64,000 nucleotides of DNA from Squalus acanthias. Taxonomy: Eukaryota. The DNA is taken from NCBI GenBank assembly GCA_030390025.1, contig JASTWF010000070.1, forward strand, positions 620,001-684,000, in the 5' to 3' direction. Of the stretch, positions 61,270 through 64,000 are shown piece by piece; position 1 is the stretch's first letter; each line of letters starts with the position of its first letter. Made by a program: the position numbers and the translations under genes. The notes under the pieces are model-generated. The model was not told where the DNA came from and did not search any database. It saw only the letters and a list, made by a program, of their open reading frames with translations.

Positions 61270-63362
61270 AGAATGCAACAGTTATACATTCCTTTCTGGC
61301 TCAAAAACAAAAAAGGAAAAGCGGCATAACCATGTCCAACAAAGAAATTAAGGATAGTATTTGATCTAAAGAGGAGTCATATAAAGTTGCCAGTAAAAGT
61401 AGCAAGGCTGAGGATTGGGAGCATTTTAGAATTCAGCAAAAAATGACCAAGAGATTGATTAAGAGGGGGAAAATAGAGTATGAGAGTAAAATTGCAAGGA
61501 ACATAAAAGCGGACTGTAAAAGCGTCTACAATTATGTAAAAATAAAAAATATTAGTGAAGACAAATTTACGTCCCTTACAGTCAGAAACGGGAGAATTTT
61601 TAATGAGTAACAAGGAAATGGAAAGCAATTAAACAAATACTTTTGTTCTGTCTTCACGGAAGAGGACACAAATAACTTCCCATAAATGCTAGAGAAAGAA
61701 GGGTCTCGTCAGAAGGAGGAATTAAAGGAAGTTAGTATTCGTAAAATAATGGGGAAATTAATGGGAGTGAAAACTGATAAATCCCCAGGGCCTGATAATT
61801 TGCATCCCAGAGTACTAAAAGAGGTAGCCATGGAAATAGTGGATGCATTGTTTGTCATCTTCCAAAATTCTATAGATTATGGAACAGTTCCTGCAGATTG
61901 GAGGGTGGCAAATGTAACCCCACTATTTAAAAAAGGAGGGAGAGAGAAAACAGGGAACTACAGACCGGTTAGCCTAACATCAGTAGTAGGGAAAATGCTA
62001 GAGTCTATTATAAAGGATGTGATAAAAGGACACTTAGAAAATATCAATGGGATTAGACTAAGTCAACATGGATTTATGAAAGGGAAATCGTGTTTGACAA
62101 ACCTACTGGAGATTTTTGAGGATGTAACTGGTAGAATAGATTAGGGAAAACCAGTGGATGTGGTGTATTTGGATTTTCAGAAGGCCTTTGATAAAGTCTC
62201 ACATAAGAGCTAATGTGTGCAGAATTAAACCTCGTGGAACTGGGGGTAATATACTGGCATGGATAGAAAATTGGTTAACAGAGCGGAATCAGAGAGTAGG
62301 AATAAATGGGTCTTTTTCGGCGAGGCAGGCAGTGACTAGTGGGGTACCACAGGGATCAGTGCTTGTGCTCCAGCTATTCACAATATATATCAATGATTTG
62401 GATGAGGGAATCAAATGTAATATTTCCAATATGCTGACGACACGAAACTAGGTAGGATTGTGAGTTGTGATGAGCATGCAATGAGGCTTCAAGGCGATTT
62501 AGACAAGTTGAGTGAGTGGGCAAATACATGGCAGATGCAGGTGGATAAATGTGAAGTTATCCACTTCGGTAGGAAAAACAGAAAGGCAGAGTATTATTTA
62601 AATGGTGATAGATTGGGAAATGTTGATGTACAAAGGGACCTGGATGTCCTTGTACACCAGTCACTGAAAGCAAACATGCAGGTGCAGCAAGCAGTTCGAA
62701 AGGGAAATGGTATGTTGGCCTTCATTGCAAGAGGATTTGAGTAAAGGAACAAGGATGTCTTACTACAGTTATACAGGGCCTTGGTGAGACCACACCTGGA
62801 GTACTGTGTGCAGTTTTGGTCTCCTTGTCTAAGAGAGGATATTCTTGCCATAGAGGGAGTGCAGCGAAGGTTCACCAGACTGATTCCTGGGCTGGCAGGA
62901 CTGTCGTATGAGAAGAGATTGGGTCGACTAGGCCTGTATTCACTAGAGTTTAGAAGAATGAGAGGGTATCTCATTGAAACGCATAAAATTCTGACAGGGC
63001 TTGACAGACTGGATGCAGGGAGGATGCTTCCCCTGGCTGGGGAGGTCTAGAACGAGGGGTCACAGTCTCAGGATACGGGGTAGGACATTCAGGACTGAGA
63101 TGAGGAGAAATTTCTTCACTCAGAGGGTGATGAACCTTTGGAATTCTCTACCACAGATAGCTGTGGAGGCCAAGTCACTGAATATACTTAAGAAGGAAGT
63201 AGATAGATTTCTAGACACAAAAGGCATCAAGGGGTATGGGGTGAGAGCGGAAATATGGTATTGAGATAGAGGATCAGCCATGATCATATTGAATGGCAGA
63301 GCAGGCTCGAGGGGCCGAATGGCCTACTCCTGCTCCTATTGTTCTATGTTCCTATTTTCTAT
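61270..63362 (+). mobile_element. CR1-clade LINE, duplicated copy of 1720-3812
   Basis: Same 5' truncation point, same flanks, RT fragments. Confidence 0.92.
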
Positions 63363-64000
63363 GGCCAATAGCCAAGTCAGCGCATCTATTGACACCACTG
63401 TGTCATATCTACCTCACCATCACCTCTCTCGACCCATCTACTGTCTCTAAATTGTCACACTGCTTGTCCAATATCCAGCACTGGATGAGCAGAAATTTAC
63501 ACCAACTAAATATTGGGAAGACCGAAGCCATGGTCTTTGGTCCCCGGCACAAATACCGCTTCCTCGCCATGGACTCCATCCCGCTCCCTGGCAGAACCAG
63601 ACTGTTCAGAACCTTGTTGTTATACCTGACCCTGAGATGATCTTCGGACCACATATCTGCACCATAACTAAGACTGCCTATTTCCACCTCTGTAACATCG
63701 CCCATCACCAGCCTTGCCTCAGCTCATCTGTGGCTGAAACCCTCATCCGTGCCTTTGTGACCTCTAGACTTGAATATTCCAAAGCACTTCTGGCCGGCCT
63801 CCCACATTCCATCCTACTTCAACTTGAGGTCATCAGAAACTCGGCTGCCCTTGTCCTAATTCTAACCAATACCTGTTCAATGATCACCCCTGTGCTCGCT
63901 GAATTACATTGGCTCCCGTTTAGGCAACACCTCGATTTTAAATGTCTCATCCTTCTTTTCAAATTCATCCACGGCCTCACTATCCCTTTCTCTATAATTT

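Larger units (their letters stand above)
59550..64000 (+). repeat. Segmental duplication of 1-4450 (offset ~59.55 kb); 42400-48650 likewise duplicates 55470-61270
   Basis: Colinear high similarity over exons, introns, promoter and flanking transposons. Confidence 0.9.

Overview
Vertebrate genomic DNA from a cartilaginous fish, most likely a shark. This rests on CR1/HER1-type LINEs, HE1- and Deu-type SINEs, and cluster-type Ig genes. Most ORF-track entries are transposon debris, and the real genes are spliced, so I reconstructed them by hand from splice signals and exon phases. The window has three tandemly duplicated immunoglobulin light-chain clusters on the - strand, of the sigma-cart/type I/NS5 class, each with an octamer promoter. 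Copy 1 is cut by the window edge. Copy 2 is intact with germline-joined VJ. Copy 3 has joined VJ but a Trp->stop. Between copies 1 and 2 lie two apparently intact, convergently oriented, non-rearranging antigen-receptor-like genes with the structure leader / V+J in one exon / C1 / TM / cytoplasmic tail. Gene A (+, 13914-24987, ~343 aa) ends in a canonical ITIM (ILYASL). Gene B (-, 36257-29194, 301 aa) ends in an ITIM/ITSM-like motif (TLYAHL). Both have a membrane-proximal Cys and a light-chain-like C1 domain with an unusual CxC. Decayed A-type and B-type relics suggest an ancestral head-to-head B/A pair that duplicated and lost members reciprocally. The rest is CR1/L2 LINE fragments, SINEs with 33-bp internal expansions, a deleted Harbinger DNA transposon, microsatellites and one N-gap.
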